From: a bacterium HR16
GTDB lineage: Bacteria > Armatimonadota > HRBIN16
Reading direction: 5' to 3'
Length of the DNA stretch: 64,000 nt
Assembly: GCA_002898895.1 (NCBI GenBank)
Contig: BEHS01000001.1
Span: 7,106 to 71,105 of the forward strand
How positions within the stretch are numbered: position 1 is the stretch's first letter; the number at the start of each line of letters is the position of its first letter. Made by a program: the position numbers and the translations under genes. Below the pieces are notes generated by a model, which saw nothing but the letters and a program-made list of their open reading frames with translations, was not told the origin of the DNA and made no database searches. Shown here one piece after another: positions 19,071 to 29,800 of this stretch.

Positions 19071-20960
19071 ATGGCAAAGCAACGTGCAATCGTCGTCGGC
19101 GGCGGGCTTGCCGGACTGATGACGGTCATCAAAATCGCCGAGCAAGGGCTGCCGGTAGACCTGTTTTCGCTGGTTCCGGTGAAGCGCAGTCACTCGGTGT
19201 GCGCGCAGGGAGGCATTAACGGCGCAGTAAATACCAAAGGTGAGGGCGATAGCCCCGAAGAGCATTTTGACGACACCGTTTACGGCGGCGACTTCCTCGC
19301 GCACCAGCCTCCTGTCAAAAGCATGTGCTACCGCGCTCCGGGCATTATCTACCTGCTCGACCGCATGGGCGTGCCCTTTAACCGCACACCGGAGGGCTTT
19401 CTGGACTTCCGTCGCTTCGGAGGAACCAAACACCACCGTACCGCCTTCGCCGGCTCTACCACCGGTCAGCAACTGCTGTACGCGCTGGACGAGCAGGTGC
19501 GTCGCTTTGAGGTGGAAGGGTTGGTTAATAAGTACGAAGGCTGGGAGTTTCTGGGCATCGTGCGCGATGAGGAGGGCAGGTGCCGGGGCATCGTGGCGCA
19601 GAACCTGCACACGATGGAGATTCGCGCCTTCCGTGCGGATGCGGTGGTGATGGCGACAGGTGGACCGGGATACCTCTTCGGTAAGTCCACCAACTCCATC
19701 ATCAACACCGGTTCCGCAGCGAGCATCTGCTATCAGCAGGGGGCGTACTACGCGAACGGCGAGTTTATCCAGGTGCACCCGACCGCCATTCCGGGCGAGG
19801 ACAAGCTGCGCCTGATGTCGGAGGCGATTCGCGGCGAGGGCGGACGTGTCTGGGTACCCAAAGACCCTTACGACAAGCGACCGCCTCGCGAAATCCCTGA
19901 GAGCGACCGCTGGTACTTCCTGGAAGAGAAGTATCCCGCATACGGCAACCTGGTGCCGCGCGACATCGCCACGCGGGAGATATTCGAAGTGTGCGTTACC
20001 CAGAAGCGTGGCATCATGGGACGCAACGAGGTGTATCTGGACATCACGCACCTGCCTCGTGACCTGATAGAGCGCAAACTGCTGGGCATCATCGAAATCT
20101 ACACCAAGTTTGTGGGCGATGACCCGCGCGAGGTGCCGATGCGGGTGTTCCCGGCAGTGCACTACTCGATGGGCGGACTGTGGGTGGACTATGAGCGCAC
20201 GCCTGACGGCTTCCTGCACCCCGAGAGCACGCGCAATCAGATGACCAACATCCCCGGTCTCTACGCAGCGGGCGAATGCGAGTATCAGTATCACGGCGCG
20301 AACCGCCTGGGCGCGAACGCCCTGCTATCGTGCATCTTCGGCGGTGAGGTGGCGGGCAACGCGGTGGTGCGCTATGTGCAGGGGTTGGAGAGCTCCGCCG
20401 ATAGCCTGCCGGCATCGCTGTATGAGAGCGAACGCCAGCGCCATGAGCAGGACTATCAGCAGCTGCTGAAGATGACCGGCGACGAGAACCCGTACAAACT
20501 GCATCAGGAGCTGGGCGAGTGGATGACCGACAACGTCACCGTGGTGCGCTATAACGACCGGCTCCAGAAGACCGAAGAGAAGATACTGGAGCTGATGGAG
20601 CGGTGGAAGCGCATCAACATCAACGACTCGTCGCTGTGGACGAATCAGATTGTGCCGTTTACCCGCGCCCTGCGCAATATGCTGATACTGGCGCAGGTGA
20701 TTACGCGCGGCGCGTTGTTGCGCAACGAGAGCCGGGGTGCCCATTACAAACCCGAGTATCCCGAACGCAACGATGCGGAATGGCTCAAGACCACGATGGC
20801 CAGCTACACGCCTGACGGTCCGCACATCTTCTATGAACCGGTGGATACCTCGCTGATTCCGCCGCGCATCCGCAAGTACGACGTGGACAAGAAAGTGACC
20901 ATCACTACCGCAGCCCAACCCGCCGAACTTGTCGGCGTAAAGGATGATAAGGGAGAATAG
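19071..20960 (+). CDS. sdhA: succinate dehydrogenase / fumarate reductase flavoprotein subunit
   Basis: FAD-binding GGGLAG fold, SHSVCAQGGING and HYSMGG motifs. Confidence 0.95.
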   Translation: MAKQRAIVVGGGLAGLMTVIKIAEQGLPVDLFSLVPVKRSHSVCAQGGINGAVNTKGEGDSPEEHFDDTVYGGDFLAHQPPVKSMCYRAPGIIYLLDRMGVPFNRTPEGFLDFRRFGGTKHHRTAFAGSTTGQQLLYALDEQVRRFEVEGLVNKYEGWEFLGIVRDEEGRCRGIVAQNLHTMEIRAFRADAVVMATGGPGYLFGKSTNSIINTGSAASICYQQGAYYANGEFIQVHPTAIPGEDKLRLMSEAIRGEGGRVWVPKDPYDKRPPREIPESDRWYFLEEKYPAYGNLVPRDIATREIFEVCVTQKRGIMGRNEVYLDITHLPRDLIERKLLGIIEIYTKFVGDDPREVPMRVFPAVHYSMGGLWVDYERTPDGFLHPESTRNQMTNIPGLYAAGECEYQYHGANRLGANALLSCIFGGEVAGNAVVRYVQGLESSADSLPASLYESERQRHEQDYQQLLKMTGDENPYKLHQELGEWMTDNVTVVRYNDRLQKTEEKILELMERWKRININDSSLWTNQIVPFTRALRNMLILAQVITRGALLRNESRGAHYKPEYPERNDAEWLKTTMASYTPDGPHIFYEPVDTSLIPPRIRKYDVDKKVTITTAAQPAELVGVKDDKGE

Positions 20961-20963
20961 CGT

Positions 20964-21734
20964 ATGGACGGCATCCAGAGCGTGGTACTGAAGATAAAGC
21001 GACAGGCGAACCCCCAGAGCTCACCCTACTGGGAAGAGTTCGAGGTGCCCTACACGCCTCGCATGAACATCATCTTCTGCCTGATGCAGATTCAGCGCAA
21101 CCCGGTCAACCGTCAAGGGAAACCTACCACCGCCCCAGCATGGGAAGCCGCCTGTCTGGAAGAGGTATGTGGTACCTGCACGATGGTGATTAACGGCAGG
21201 GTACGCCAGGCTTGTTCTACGCTGGTGGACGAGGTGGGTAAGCGGGCCGGTGAACATCTCGAAATCACCCTGGAGCCCATGACCAAATTCCCTGTGGTGC
21301 GAGACTTAATCGTAGACCGCAGCGAGATGTTCGAAACGCTCAAGCGCATTCGGGCATGGGTTCCTATCGATGGCACACATGACCTGGGACCCGGTCCGCG
21401 CATTCCCGACAGCATCCGCGAGCTGCGCTACGAGTTCGCCCGGTGCATGACCTGCGGCTGTTGCCTGGAAGCCTGCCCGAACGTGAATTCACACTCTGGC
21501 TTCATCGGTCCCGCTGCGCTGGGACAGGTGAGATTGTTCAATCTGCACCCGGTGGGGGCTACTCTGGAAGATGAGCGGTTTGACGTGCTGGCAGGACCCG
21601 ATGGGTTGACCGGTTGTGGCAACGCCCAGAACTGCGTGCAGGTCTGTCCGAAAGAGATTCCATTGACCCGTGCCATCGCCGAGCTGAACCGCGACATCAC
21701 CATTAACCGGCTGCGCAAATGGTTGGCGAAGTAA
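20964..21734 (+). CDS. sdhB: succinate dehydrogenase / fumarate reductase iron-sulfur subunit
   Basis: 2Fe-2S and CxxCxxCxxxCP 4Fe-4S/3Fe-4S cysteine clusters. Confidence 0.9.
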   Translation: MDGIQSVVLKIKRQANPQSSPYWEEFEVPYTPRMNIIFCLMQIQRNPVNRQGKPTTAPAWEAACLEEVCGTCTMVINGRVRQACSTLVDEVGKRAGEHLEITLEPMTKFPVVRDLIVDRSEMFETLKRIRAWVPIDGTHDLGPGPRIPDSIRELRYEFARCMTCGCCLEACPNVNSHSGFIGPAALGQVRLFNLHPVGATLEDERFDVLAGPDGLTGCGNAQNCVQVCPKEIPLTRAIAELNRDITINRLRKWLAK

Positions 21735-21736
21735 AC

Positions 21737-22063
21737 ATGCAAGCGGGGGGAATACAGGAAGATCCCCCCGCTTCTATTACCCACCAGGAGTTCTATACCG
21801 CCACCGACGGCAGTCAGTGGCTGATGGAGGTTGCTGTACAGTGGTCTCCGTATTTTGAGAGCCATGTGCGCTTGCTGAAAATGCCGGACCGTGCCCCTGT
21901 CTATCTTCCCTCGAATCTACCCTATCTGGATGTGGTTCCCCAGAACATCCGCGAAGCGGCACTGGACGGTCGCTTTGACCTGCAGGCGATCACGCGCTAT
22001 TGCTTGCAACGTTGCCTCGTCATGCTACGGGAGTACGTGGAACGCTTCGGTAACACCCTGTAA
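21737..22063 (+). CDS. hypothetical protein
   Basis: ORF immediately after sdhB. No recognisable motifs. Confidence 0.35.
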   Translation: MQAGGIQEDPPASITHQEFYTATDGSQWLMEVAVQWSPYFESHVRLLKMPDRAPVYLPSNLPYLDVVPQNIREAALDGRFDLQAITRYCLQRCLVMLREYVERFGNTL

Positions 22064-22156
22064 GTAAACTGTCCATCTTCCGATAATATAAGATGTCGTG
22101 CCGAAGCGACCGCTGGGTGTTTGTAGCGTTACACCTGTGGTGCGGCAGAATCTATC

Positions 22157-22294
22157 TTGTCATGCTGAGCGTTGGCGAAGCATCTCGCTCTTTTTGTCAT
22201 GCTGAACGCAGTGAAGCATCCCGGAGATTCTTCGCTCCGCTCAGAATGACAGGGAAACCAGCCCATCGTGCCATGCTGAGCGAGGCATCTCATT
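22157..22294. repeat. family-1 hairpin repeat cluster (four arms)
   Basis: TTGTCATGCTGAGCG..GAAGCATCTC and GAGATTCTTCGCTCCGCTCAGAATGACAGG. Confidence 0.6.
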
Positions 22295-22307
22295 ATCTCG
22301 ATCGGGA

Positions 22308-23408
22308 ATGGGAAGTCTAATGAAAACCGCTATTGCAACTCAATCTCGCGTGCTGGTTGTGGACGACGAGCCGCTGGTGGTTGAAGCCATCGAGCGTACC
22401 CTGCGCTCGTACGGCTATGCGGTTAGCACAGCGTACAGTGGTCAGGAAGCCTTGCAGGTACTGGCGCAACAGCGAGTGGATTTATGCTTGTCAGACCTGC
22501 ATATGCCCGGCATCGGAGGCAAAATGCTCGCCAGGCAGGTGCGCCAGCAGTATCCTGAAATCCCGATTGTTATCATGACCGGAGATGATTCGGTCGAGGT
22601 GCTACGCGAGGTGCTTGATAGCGGAGCCAGTGACTTCATCACCAAGCCGTGGCGCGCGCACGAACTGCCCATCGTGATAGAGCGCAACATCCGCCGCCAC
22701 AGTATCTGGATGGAGGAGCAGAAGCTGTATCTACGCAAACTGAACGAAGCGTATTCCGACATGCTGGAGGCGCTGTTGAGTGCGCTCGAGACACGTGAGC
22801 GAGAGATAGAGGGACACTGCGAGCGCGTCACCACCTACACGATGATACTTGCCGAAGCCATGGGCGTTCCACACCAGCAGCATCCCAACATCGAGCGCGG
22901 TGCCTTATTACACGACGTGGGCAAAATCGGCATCCCCGACAGCATTCTCTTCAAAAACGGTCCGCTGAACGCCGCCGAGTGGGAAATTATGCGCCAGCAC
23001 CCCGTTATCGGATATCGAATGTGTATGAAGGTGCGTTCTCTGCAAGACGCGGCGCGCGAGGTGGTACTGTGCCACCACGAGCAGTGGGACGGTAACGGTT
23101 ATCCCCAGGGTTTGCGCGGCGAGGAGATTCCGCTCGGCGCACGCATCTTCGCCGTCGCGGACGCGCTTGATGCCATGACCTCCGACCGTCCCTATCGCAA
23201 GGCTCTCTCTCTGGAGGAGGCGTCCGCCGAACTGGAGAGATGCGCGGGCACGCAGTTCGACCCTCAGGTGGTCAAAGCGTTTCTCAGCATTCCCGCCGGT
23301 GTGTGGGAGATGGTGATACAAAACCTTCAAGCCACATCCAGAACGAGCGCGCCGGACGATGACATTTTCTCCCTCCCCGCTCAGGAACCGCTGAGAAAGG
23401 CAGCGTAG
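22308..23408 (+). CDS. response regulator with HD-GYP domain (probable c-di-GMP phosphodiesterase)
   Basis: N-terminal REC domain (LVVDDEP...DLCLSDLHMPG). HD-GYP motifs (HDVGKIGIP, HHEQWDGNGYP). Alternative start at 22320. Confidence 0.85.
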   Translation: MGSLMKTAIATQSRVLVVDDEPLVVEAIERTLRSYGYAVSTAYSGQEALQVLAQQRVDLCLSDLHMPGIGGKMLARQVRQQYPEIPIVIMTGDDSVEVLREVLDSGASDFITKPWRAHELPIVIERNIRRHSIWMEEQKLYLRKLNEAYSDMLEALLSALETREREIEGHCERVTTYTMILAEAMGVPHQQHPNIERGALLHDVGKIGIPDSILFKNGPLNAAEWEIMRQHPVIGYRMCMKVRSLQDAAREVVLCHHEQWDGNGYPQGLRGEEIPLGARIFAVADALDAMTSDRPYRKALSLEEASAELERCAGTQFDPQVVKAFLSIPAGVWEMVIQNLQATSRTSAPDDDIFSLPAQEPLRKAA

Positions 23409-23422
23409 TAATCCACCATTTC

Positions 23423-23603
23423 CCTGTCATTCTGAGCGCAAGCGAAGAATCTCGCTCCATCGCCACAAAAAGATGCTTCGCTCACGCTCAGCATGACAGT
23501 AAACGGTTGTCATTCTGAGCGAAGCGAAGAATCTCCAAGATGCTTCACTTCGTTCAGCATGACAAAAAGGCGGGATGCCGAGCGTCAGCGGAGCATGACA
23601 AAA
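23423..23603. repeat. family-1 hairpin repeat cluster (five arms)
   Basis: CCTGTCATTCTGAGCGCAAGCGAAGAATCTCGC ... GATGCTTCACTTCGTTCAGCATGACAAA. Confidence 0.6.
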
Positions 23604-23623
23604 AACACGCCGAACCTGCTTGG

Positions 23624-23720
23624 GAGGGTGAGGCTCCTGCCGAGCCGTTCGATTTCGGTCGCGACGGAGCGCGATCCCTCCAATCCAGTTGCGGGGAGGG
23701 CGAGGCTCTTGCCGAGCCGA
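23624..23720. repeat. family-2 / family-3 / family-2 composite hairpin repeats
   Basis: GGGAGGGTGAGGCTCCTGCCGAGCCG, inverted GGTCGCGACGGAGCGCGATCCCTCC, then GGGGAGGGCGAGGCTCTTGCCGAGCCG. Confidence 0.55.
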
Positions 23721-23772
23721 TTTCGCCTGAAGCCGTTCCCCTGCAGACGAAGCCAGCCTGCGCTGGCTGTGT

Positions 23773-23801
23773 AACCCTGCGAAGGCAGGGTTTGGTTTGA
23801 A
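23773..23801 (+). terminator. hairpin AACCCTGC-GAAG-GCAGGGTT followed by TTTGGTTTG
   Basis: 8-bp stem with GNRA-like loop and T-rich tail in the convergent intergenic region. Confidence 0.35.
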
Positions 23802-23883
23802 GAGGTGCGGCTTCAGCTGCAGGTTTGGTGCGCGATGTGCAGCTTGCGATAGATGCGTTGAACATTCCGTGCGCACCCACGGA

Positions 23884-25344
23884 TTACCTGCTCACCAGAC
23901 TAAGCTGCACCTGCAGCTGGCGTTGCTGGTAGCTCCACAGAATGCGTGGCTGGATGCAGTGCGCCGGTAGCGATAAAGCAACCTGCCAGTCGCGCCAGCG
24001 GTGGTGTTCGATATCCCATATCCCGAGAACGTCCACGCCCCAGCGTTCGGTCAGGCGTAAACGGAAGCGTGCCTCTCTTCGCGTCTCCAGCCGGTCGAAT
24101 ACAAACGGGCTATTACCCCTTGTGGCGGCAAGGGCTAATCCCGCTCCCATCTGTGCGCCTTCTCCCGCATTCCAGTAAACGCCCCACTGCGCCCGCACCC
24201 AGCCGTACATCTCAGAGCCGGAGTACGCGCCCGCTCTCGCCTCCAGAACAATATCAGAGCCAACCTGCCTGCCTATCTCCAGCGTCCGGGATTGCCAGCG
24301 CAGCAGAGCAAGCGCACGACTGGCGGTAACCAGAGTGGGGCTTTCCTGCAGTCGCCCCAGCTTCCACTCTGTTTCCAGCAATCCGCCGCCCACGGGGTGA
24401 ACGGTCTGGTAACCCAGTTCCGCACCGCGCAAATAAAGGTCGGTGCGCTGGAGATTCTCCACTGGTGAATTCGCCTGCACAGAGAGGAACGCACCTTGCT
24501 TCATCTCTCTGTCCAGCGATGTACGCCAGCTGTAAGTGCCGATAGTCTCCAGAAAAGACACTCCGGGTCGCTCGGTGGGTTCCAGACGACGCAGGGGTTC
24601 TTGGTCACCGGCACGGTCCAGCCTGCGCAGCAGGTCCACTCGTATCTCGGGGTCATGTCGGGTGAATACCCGCAACCTGTAGCGCACCTGTCCCCACCTC
24701 TGCGGCAGCAGGTCGCCATAGTACACCATCAGCCCGCGCCGGCGCGAATAGCCTATCTGCGGTAACAGCGGTTCGCCCGGCTCGCGCCTGCCGATCCGCC
24801 GGCTCAGGTACGGCACGGTGACCCACCGATGCCCCCACGCCGACAGTGACACCTGGCGGGCACGCAGCCGCAAAGCAGGGCTCAGACTCAGGCTGCGCGC
24901 GGACAGCAGGAAATCGGGGGTCTGCTTGTCGCAGGTGGTCAGCGTCACCTCTTGCATGGTCAACATGCTGCCATCGGAGCGCAGCGACTCGGCGGTGATG
25001 AAGATGCCCTCTATCTCACCGCGGACATCGGACAGGTCGCCTTCGCGTGTCTTTAAATTAAAGCGCATCTGCGAGGCGCGAAGCGTTCCACGCTCATCTG
25101 CTAAGAACACATCGCCTGTGGCTGTAATCCAGCCGCTCTCCATATCGCCCTCGATGCGCTGCGCCCGCACACGCCGGCTGCCCCACTGCACCTCGGCATC
25201 CCCTTCCGCAGTGAAATGGCGGAACTGCTGAGCCTCTACACGACGCGCCAGCAGTCGCCATGCGTCGTCTTCCGAGGGGGAGGGAGCTGACCTTGCACCG
25301 CTGACCAGCATCCCCAGCAAGAGCAGCACGGCAAACCGGCACAT
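23884..25344 (-). CDS. LptD/OstA-like outer-membrane protein (LPS-assembly related)
   Basis: Signal peptide MCRFAVLLLLGMLVSGARSA. OstA-like N-terminal beta-jellyroll signature (AEGDAEVQWG...ATGDVFLAD...TLTTCD). Adjacent to gmhB. Alternative upstream start at 25383 would overlap gmhB. Confidence 0.5.
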   Translation of the reverse strand: MCRFAVLLLLGMLVSGARSAPSPSEDDAWRLLARRVEAQQFRHFTAEGDAEVQWGSRRVRAQRIEGDMESGWITATGDVFLADERGTLRASQMRFNLKTREGDLSDVRGEIEGIFITAESLRSDGSMLTMQEVTLTTCDKQTPDFLLSARSLSLSPALRLRARQVSLSAWGHRWVTVPYLSRRIGRREPGEPLLPQIGYSRRRGLMVYYGDLLPQRWGQVRYRLRVFTRHDPEIRVDLLRRLDRAGDQEPLRRLEPTERPGVSFLETIGTYSWRTSLDREMKQGAFLSVQANSPVENLQRTDLYLRGAELGYQTVHPVGGGLLETEWKLGRLQESPTLVTASRALALLRWQSRTLEIGRQVGSDIVLEARAGAYSGSEMYGWVRAQWGVYWNAGEGAQMGAGLALAATRGNSPFVFDRLETRREARFRLRLTERWGVDVLGIWDIEHHRWRDWQVALSLPAHCIQPRILWSYQQRQLQVQLSLVSR

Positions 25345-25349
25345 GCGCG

Positions 25350-25943
25350 CTATTCTGAACTGTTCAGCTGGTTTAGAATCCACTCCGTCGCCCCTTTAAG
25401 GTCCGGCGCAATGTGGTCGGGTGGGTGGTTCGTCACTTCGGGGGAATCGAGCATCTCCGGCTTCACGTGTCCGCTCAGCACCAGCACGGTCCTTACGCCC
25501 GCTGCGCGTCCCGCAATGATGTCCCTCCATGAATCACCCACGAACACCGATTTCTCCAGCGCGATAGCGTGTTCCCTCGCCGCTCGAAGTAGCAGACCCG
25601 GTTTGGGCTTCCGGCAGTCGCAGTTGTCCGCGTCATCGTGCGGGCAATAGTAGAAGGCGTCGATATGCGCATGGTAATCGCGCAGCATCTCCTGTAGCCG
25701 TTCGCTGATTTGTTTCAGCGCCTCCAGCGTGTACAGCCCTTTTGCCACTCCTGACTGGTTCGAGCAAACAATCACCGGCACGCCCAGCGCATTGAAATGC
25801 GCTATCGCCTCCGCCGAGGAAGGCAACAGATGCAGCTCCTCCGGTTTGGTGACGAACTCTACCGGATCGGCGTTAATCACACCGTCTCTGTCCAGAAACA
25901 GAGCGGGGCGGGTTGTTTTCTCGCTCAAGCGTTCACCTCTCAT
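25350..25943 (-). CDS. gmhB: D-glycero-D-manno-heptose 1,7-bisphosphate phosphatase (HAD family)
   Basis: FLDRDGVIN HAD motif I. CxHxxxDxCxCRKP zinc-binding loop typical of GmhB. Confidence 0.8.
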   Translation of the reverse strand: MRGERLSEKTTRPALFLDRDGVINADPVEFVTKPEELHLLPSSAEAIAHFNALGVPVIVCSNQSGVAKGLYTLEALKQISERLQEMLRDYHAHIDAFYYCPHDDADNCDCRKPKPGLLLRAAREHAIALEKSVFVGDSWRDIIAGRAAGVRTVLVLSGHVKPEMLDSPEVTNHPPDHIAPDLKGATEWILNQLNSSE

Positions 25944-26019
25944 GACATTCTCTAAAAGGACTATATCGGAGCTGAGGACGAATCGTCAAGAGGATACCGT
26001 ACACAGGAGGTGGCTTCGC

Positions 26020-26769
26020 ATGGCACCGCGTGTGCTTATCGGCACTTCCGGCTGGAGCTACGATCACTGGCAGGGTATCTTCTATCCACCAGAACTGGAA
26101 CGCGAAGGGTGGCTTGCCTTCTACGCACGAGCGTTTCCTACCGTCGAGATTAACAGCAGTTTTTACCGTCTGCCCTTTGAGAACATGGTACTCAGCTGGC
26201 ACCGGCGGACACCGGAGCACTTTGTGTTTGCTGCCAAGTTCTCCAGACAGGCAACGCACGTGCAACGCCTGCATGACTGCCAGACGGTCGTACAGCGATG
26301 GATGGAGCGCCTGAGGTTGCTGGAGGAAAAATTGGGCGTGGTTCTGGTGCAGCTGCCGCCCGGACTGCACAAAGATGTGCCGCTGCTGGAAGGATTCCTC
26401 CGGTTGTTCCCCGAGGGCGTGCGCGTGGCGGTGGAGTTTCGCCATCCATCATGGGAGTGCGACGAGGTATACGAGATGCTCCGCGCGCTGGGGGTGGCGC
26501 ACTGCACCATCAGTTACCCACGCTATCCGGTAAACTGGACGGTGACCGCCCCGTTTGCCTACATCCGTTTGCATGGGGTAACGCAGGCGTATGACTACTG
26601 TTACAGCACAGAGGAGCTGCACGACCTCGCCGCACATATCCGCGCTCTGCTCCAGCAGGTACAGCAAGTATACGTGTACTTTAACAACGACACCAACGGC
26701 TACGCTCCCGACAACGCTCGCCAACTGCAAACCATTCTCTCGCTCGACCCCGAGATTGCAGGAACCTGA
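26020..26769 (+). CDS. DUF72 (YecE-like) family protein
   Basis: IGTSGWSYDHWQGIFYP N-terminal signature. RBS GGAGG upstream of ATG 26020. Confidence 0.75.
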   Translation: MAPRVLIGTSGWSYDHWQGIFYPPELEREGWLAFYARAFPTVEINSSFYRLPFENMVLSWHRRTPEHFVFAAKFSRQATHVQRLHDCQTVVQRWMERLRLLEEKLGVVLVQLPPGLHKDVPLLEGFLRLFPEGVRVAVEFRHPSWECDEVYEMLRALGVAHCTISYPRYPVNWTVTAPFAYIRLHGVTQAYDYCYSTEELHDLAAHIRALLQQVQQVYVYFNNDTNGYAPDNARQLQTILSLDPEIAGT

Positions 26770-26813
26770 GCGGCGGAGGCGAATAGCCATATCAACAACC
26801 GTAAGGAGGAAGG

Positions 26814-29800
26814 GTGAAGTTGCGAACGGATTGGCCGCTTGTTCTTGTGCTTTTATTGGTGTTTGCGCTACCGGGCGAGTCAAAGCGTCGTCTTAGCGTC
26901 ACACACCTTCTCACGGAATGGCTGGAAAACCCTCTGGGGATAGATGCTCCACAGCCGCATTTCTCGTGGCAGATGCAACATCAGGAGCGTGGTGCCAGCC
27001 AGAGCGCGTACCAGATTCAGGTCGCTAGTAGACCGGAGCTGCTTCGTGATGGCAAAGCGGATATGTGGGACAGCGGGAAGGTCGTATCCTCGCAGAATCT
27101 GCACATCCGCTATGAGGGCAAACCTCTGCAGAGCAGAACCACTTACTACTGGCGTGTGCGGATATGGGACCACAACGACGTTACCAGCGCGTACAGCCAG
27201 CCTGCCACCTTCGAAACCGCCCTTCTGCACCCTGACGAGTGGCAGGCGAAGTGGATTGCAGTGCCCCGAGCGGGTGGAAACGGCTGGCACTCACAGTTCG
27301 CGGACAGCGTGGACGTGACCAAATGGGTGCAGCTAGACCTGCGCCAGCCGGTGGAGTTCCGACGGGTGGTGCTTTACCCCGCCCGCCCGCATAACTGGGT
27401 GCGTGACGAACCCGGCTTTGGCTTTCCTGTGCGCTTCCGCCTCGAAGCCAGCGATGAGCCCGACTTCACCCACTCGCGCGTTCTCGCCGACTACACGCAA
27501 GCCGACGTGCCCAACCCGGGCGCGAAACCGTTCTCCATCGACGTGGGCAATCAGAAGGCGCGCTATGTGCGACTGGTGATTACAAAACTACACCATCCCG
27601 CCGATACGCGCCCGCTGGCGGCGCTGGCGGAGATGGAGGTGCAGGACGCTAAAGGCAATAACCTCGCTCTCTACGCCACCGTAACCACCGACGGCTGGAA
27701 CATGGATAGCATCGAGGAAAACGACTGGGGTCGGGCGATGCTCACCGATGGGGTGCGCGAATCCCGTCCGTCGGATACATACGCCCCTATGCTGCGACGC
27801 GAGTTCAGAGTGGCAGGCAGGGTAAAACGCGCCCGCGCCTACGTCACCGGTTTGGGTTATTACGAGCTCTATCTCAACGGACAGAAGGTAGGCGACCGCG
27901 TGCTGGATCCGCCCTACACGAACTTTCATAAGCGCATCTACTACAGCACCTACGATGTGACTCCCTTGCTTCGTCGGGGTGACAACTGTGTGAGCGCACT
28001 GCTGGGCAACGGCTGGTGGAAGGGCAAACCCCATCTCCTGTTGCAGATGCATATCGAATACACCGACGGCACCGAGCAGACTATCCTCAGCGACGGCGAG
28101 TGGCGCTGGGCAAAGAGTCCAATTCTGGACAACAGCCTGTATCACGGCGAGACGTACGACGCCCGGCTGGAGCAATCCGGCTGGTGCGAGCCCGGCTTTG
28201 CCGAGCAGCAGGGGGAATGGCAACCGGTGCTGGTTAGCGAACTGTCGGGCGTGACGCTTTCGGCGCAGATGATGCCGCCTGTCAAGGTCACGCAAACCCT
28301 CAAGCCCAGATGGATTTCCGAGCCGCGCCCCGGTGTGTTTGTGGTGGATTTCGGACAGAACTTCTCCGGCTGGTGTCGGCTGAAAGTGAAAGGTAGCGCA
28401 GGCACTACCGTGACGCTCAAACATGCCGAAGTGCTGTTCGAGAACGGGCTGGTGAATCAGCAGAACCTGCGCTCCGCCAGAGCTACCGACACCTACATCC
28501 TGAAAGGCGAGGGGGTGGAGGTTTACGAGCCGCGCTTCACCTATCACGGCTTCCGCTACGTGCAGGTGGAAGGCTATCCGGGAACCCTGAAGCCAGAGGA
28601 TATTGAGGGAAGAGTGGTTCATACCTCCTTCACACAACGCGGGCAGTTCGAGTGCTCTAACGAGCTGCTCACCCAGATTCAGCGCAACGCGCAATGGGGC
28701 TACCGCACCAACTGGCATAGCATTCCAACCGACTGCCCCCAGCGCGACGAACGACAGGGCTGGATGGGCGACGCCCAGATGACCGCCAACATGGGCTTGT
28801 ACAACTTCACCGCCGAATCCGCCTACGTGAAGTTCCTGCGCGACATCGCCGACGCCCAGGGTGAGGACGGGCGTATTCCCGACACCGTGCCCCACGTGTG
28901 GGGAACCAACCCGGGCGACCCGCAGTGGGCAGGGGCATACCTCTTTATCGCTTGGGACATGTACCGCCATACGGGGGCGAAGCATCTGCTGGAAGCGCAC
29001 TACGAGGGCTTCAAGCGCTATGTGGAGATGCTGCGTCGGGAGGCAGGAGAGAGCTACATCCTCACCCGCAACAACTACGGCGACTGGGTGGCGGTGGTGG
29101 AAACGCCCAAAGACCTTATCTCCACAGGCACGTACTACCTGAGCGTGAAGGTGCTGGCAGACATCGCGCGCGTGCTGGGCAAACACACCGACGAGCGAGA
29201 GTACCGTGCTCTGTGCGAACGCATCGCTGACGCCTTCAATAAACGCTTCTGGAACGCGCAGACCGGTCAATACGGCAACGGCAGTCAATTCTCTAATATC
29301 TTCCCGCTCTATCTGGGCATTGTGCCGGAGGAACACCGGCAGAAGGTGCTGGATAATGTGATACACGACATCACCGTGAACCACAAAGGACACCTCAGCA
29401 CAGGGTTCATCGGCACACGCTATTTGCTGGATACGCTGACCATGCTGGGGCGTGCCGACATCGCCTATCTGGTCGCCTCACAGGACACCTACCCGAGCTG
29501 GGGCTACATGGTGCGTATGGGAGCAACCACGATATGGGAGCTGTGGAAGTACGAGGTCGGCCCGGGCATGAATTCACACAACCACCCTGCGTTTGGACTG
29601 GTTAGTGGGTGGTTCTATGAGACACTGGCGGGTATTCAGCCCGATGCTTCGCGAGGCGATTGGGAGCATTTCATCGTGCGCCCGCATCCTGTTGGCGACC
29701 TGCGCTGGGCGCAAGCCTCCGTAGATACCGTTCGCGGCAGGGCAGGGGTACGCTGGGAGAGGCGCCCCGACGCTTTTCTGCTGAGCGTCATCGTGCCCGC

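Noticed and set aside
18804-20294. 496-aa minus-strand ORF overlapping sdhA
   Set aside because: Antisense artefact opposite a clear flavoprotein subunit. No motifs, Arg/Ala-rich composition.
18105-23603. Considered whether the clustered 27-nt repeats (18.1, 22.2, 23.5, 38.2, 46.5 kb) are CRISPR arrays
   Set aside because: Repeat arms alternate in inverted, not direct, orientation. Spacing is irregular (10-40 nt). No unique spacers of constant length and no cas genes nearby. Better explained as REP/MITE-like hairpin elements.
27588-29393. 601-aa minus-strand ORF inside the rhamnosidase gene
   Set aside because: Antisense artefact. The plus-strand GH78 gene is continuous and well supported.
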